Made by a program: the position numbers and the translations under genes | Assembly: GCF_000195955.2 (NCBI RefSeq) | Contig: NC_000962.3 | Span: 750,001-782,000 of the forward strand | Source: Mycobacterium tuberculosis H37Rv | GTDB lineage: Bacteria; Actinomycetota; Actinomycetes; Mycobacteriales; Mycobacteriaceae | DNA length: 32,000 bases | Direction: 5' to 3' | In this document: in pieces, positions 30,721-32,000 of the stretch | How the letters are laid out: every line of letters begins with the position of its first letter | How positions within the stretch are numbered: position 1 is the stretch's first letter | Notes under the pieces: model-generated | What the model was told of the DNA's origin: nothing | Database searches by the model: none | Seen by the model: the letters and a program-made list of their open reading frames with translations, nothing else

Positions 30721-31311
30721 GTGGCTCGCCCGGCCAAACTGAGCCGTGAGAGCATCGTCGAGGGCGCCCTGACCTTTTTGGATCGGGAGGGGTGGGACTC
30801 GCTGACCATCAATGCGCTGGCGACCCAGCTCGGGACCAAGGGGCCGTCGCTGTACAACCACGTGGACAGCCTCGAGGATCTACGCCGGGCGGTGCGGATT
30901 CGGGTGATCGACGACATCATCACGATGCTGAATAGGGTCGGTGCGGGTCGCGCACGCGATGACGCGGTGTTGGTCATGGCCGGTGCCTACCGCAGCTACG
31001 CCCACCACCACCCGGGTCGGTACTCGGCGTTCACCCGGATGCCGCTGGGCGGTGACGATCCCGAATACACCGCTGCGACTAGGGGCGCAGCCGCGCCCGT
31101 CATCGCCGTGCTGTCCTCGTACGGCCTCGACGGTGAGCAGGCTTTCTACGCGGCGCTCGAGTTTTGGTCGGCACTGCATGGGTTTGTGTTGCTGGAAATG
31201 ACCGGCGTCATGGACGACATCGATACCGATGCGGTGTTCACCGACATGGTGCTGCGGCTGGCGGCGGGCATGGAAAGGCGCACCACACACGGTGGTACCG
31301 CGTCAACGTAG
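30721..31311 (+). CDS. TetR-family transcriptional regulator (Rv0681-like)
   Basis: HTH block LTINALATQLGTKGPSLYNHV near the N-terminus. The start is uncertain: GTG 30721 (196 aa), GTG 30712 or ATG 30655 (218 aa). Confidence 0.85.
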   Translation: MARPAKLSRESIVEGALTFLDREGWDSLTINALATQLGTKGPSLYNHVDSLEDLRRAVRIRVIDDIITMLNRVGAGRARDDAVLVMAGAYRSYAHHHPGRYSAFTRMPLGGDDPEYTAATRGAAAPVIAVLSSYGLDGEQAFYAALEFWSALHGFVLLEMTGVMDDIDTDAVFTDMVLRLAAGMERRTTHGGTAST

Positions 31312-31338
31312 CGCCCTGCTTCGGCCGCAACGCCCGCT

Positions 31339-31368
31339 TTGACCTGCCAGACTGGCGGCGGGTATTGT
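31339..31368 (+). promoter_or_regulatory. Candidate rpsL operon promoter (TTGACC-N18-TATTGT)
   Basis: TTGACC at 31339-31344, an 18-nt spacer, then TATTGT at 31363-31368. This implies a leader of about 185 nt before rpsL. Motif match only. Confidence 0.45.
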
Positions 31369-31559
31369 GGTTGCTCGTGCCTGGCGGCTTACGCTTGATG
31401 TAGGGGCGTGGATGCCGGGCCAATTCGCATGTCCGCGATGCCTCGGATGAGACGAATCGAGTTTGAGGCAAGCTATGCGACACACCCGGCCGCGGGTAAC
31501 CGTGGCGGGGCATGGCCGACAAACAGAACGTGAAAGCGCCCAAGATAGAAAGCCGGTAG

Positions 31560-31934
31560 ATGCCAACCATCCAGCAGCTGGTCCGCAAGGGTCGTCGGGA
31601 CAAGATCAGTAAGGTCAAGACCGCGGCTCTGAAGGGCAGCCCGCAGCGTCGTGGTGTATGCACCCGCGTGTACACCACCACTCCGAAGAAGCCGAACTCG
31701 GCGCTTCGGAAGGTTGCCCGCGTGAAGTTGACGAGTCAGGTCGAGGTCACGGCGTACATTCCCGGCGAGGGCCACAACCTGCAGGAGCACTCGATGGTGC
31801 TGGTGCGCGGCGGCCGGGTGAAGGACCTGCCTGGTGTGCGCTACAAGATCATCCGCGGTTCGCTGGATACGCAGGGTGTCAAGAACCGCAAACAGGCACG
31901 CAGCCGTTACGGCGCTAAGAAGGAGAAGGGCTGA
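31560..31934 (+). CDS. rpsL: 30S ribosomal protein S12
   Basis: 124-aa [18 protein letters not shown]...[12 protein letters not shown]. Lys43 is AAG (31686) and Lys88 is AAG (31821). Confidence 0.98.
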
Positions 31935-32000
31935 TGCCACGCAAGGGGCCCGCGCCCAAGCGTCCGTTGGTCAACGACCCGGTCTACGGATCGCAGTTGG
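31934..32000 (+). CDS. rpsG: 30S ribosomal protein S7, 5' fragment running off the window
   Basis: ATG 31934 overlaps the rpsL TGA (TGATG). Translation [22 protein letters not shown] is the conserved S7 N-terminus. Confidence 0.9.
   Translation, partial: MPRKGPAPKRPLVNDPVYGSQL

Overview
High-GC actinobacterial chromosomal DNA. From the encoded proteins (RpoB with its rifampicin-resistance region, RpoC, MmpL5/MmpS5/Rv0678, RpsL) I recognise the Mycobacterium tuberculosis complex rpoBC neighbourhood, gene order Rv0654 to Rv0683. This identification is from memory; no search was possible. Gene content in order: carotenoid oxygenase, mkl, then a 7-kb accessory stretch (2.6-9.8 kb), then rpoB-rpoC. 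The accessory stretch holds four type II toxin-antitoxin modules (vapBC6, mazEF2, vapBC7, vapBC8), a CPBP/Abi-type membrane protease and the arylsulfatase atsD. After rpoC come a neutral ceramidase, endonuclease IV, lipoprotein LpqP, a fadE8-echA4-paaX-like-echA5 operon, the mmpL5-mmpS5/Rv0678 efflux locus, two DUF3060 paralogues, a TetR regulator and rpsL-rpsG. I saw no rRNA, tRNA, CRISPR array, IS element or prophage. I did not find a convincing new multi-gene system. The most interesting points are: (1) reading-frame lesions in vapBC6 and vapBC8, and possibly vapC7, three of which are repaired by adding one G to a G-run; (2) an apparently unannotated relic of an amidase gene with two in-frame stops just downstream of rpoC; (3) two copies of a long hairpin repeat sharing a 14-bp stem base, at the 3' ends of vapC7 and rpoC; (4) leaderless-type promoter geometry at mazE2 and fadE8, and operator-like palindromes at Rv0678. 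The drug-resistance hot spots in rpoB, rpsL and Rv0678 read as wild type. All coordinates were derived by hand from the sequence and the ORF track.
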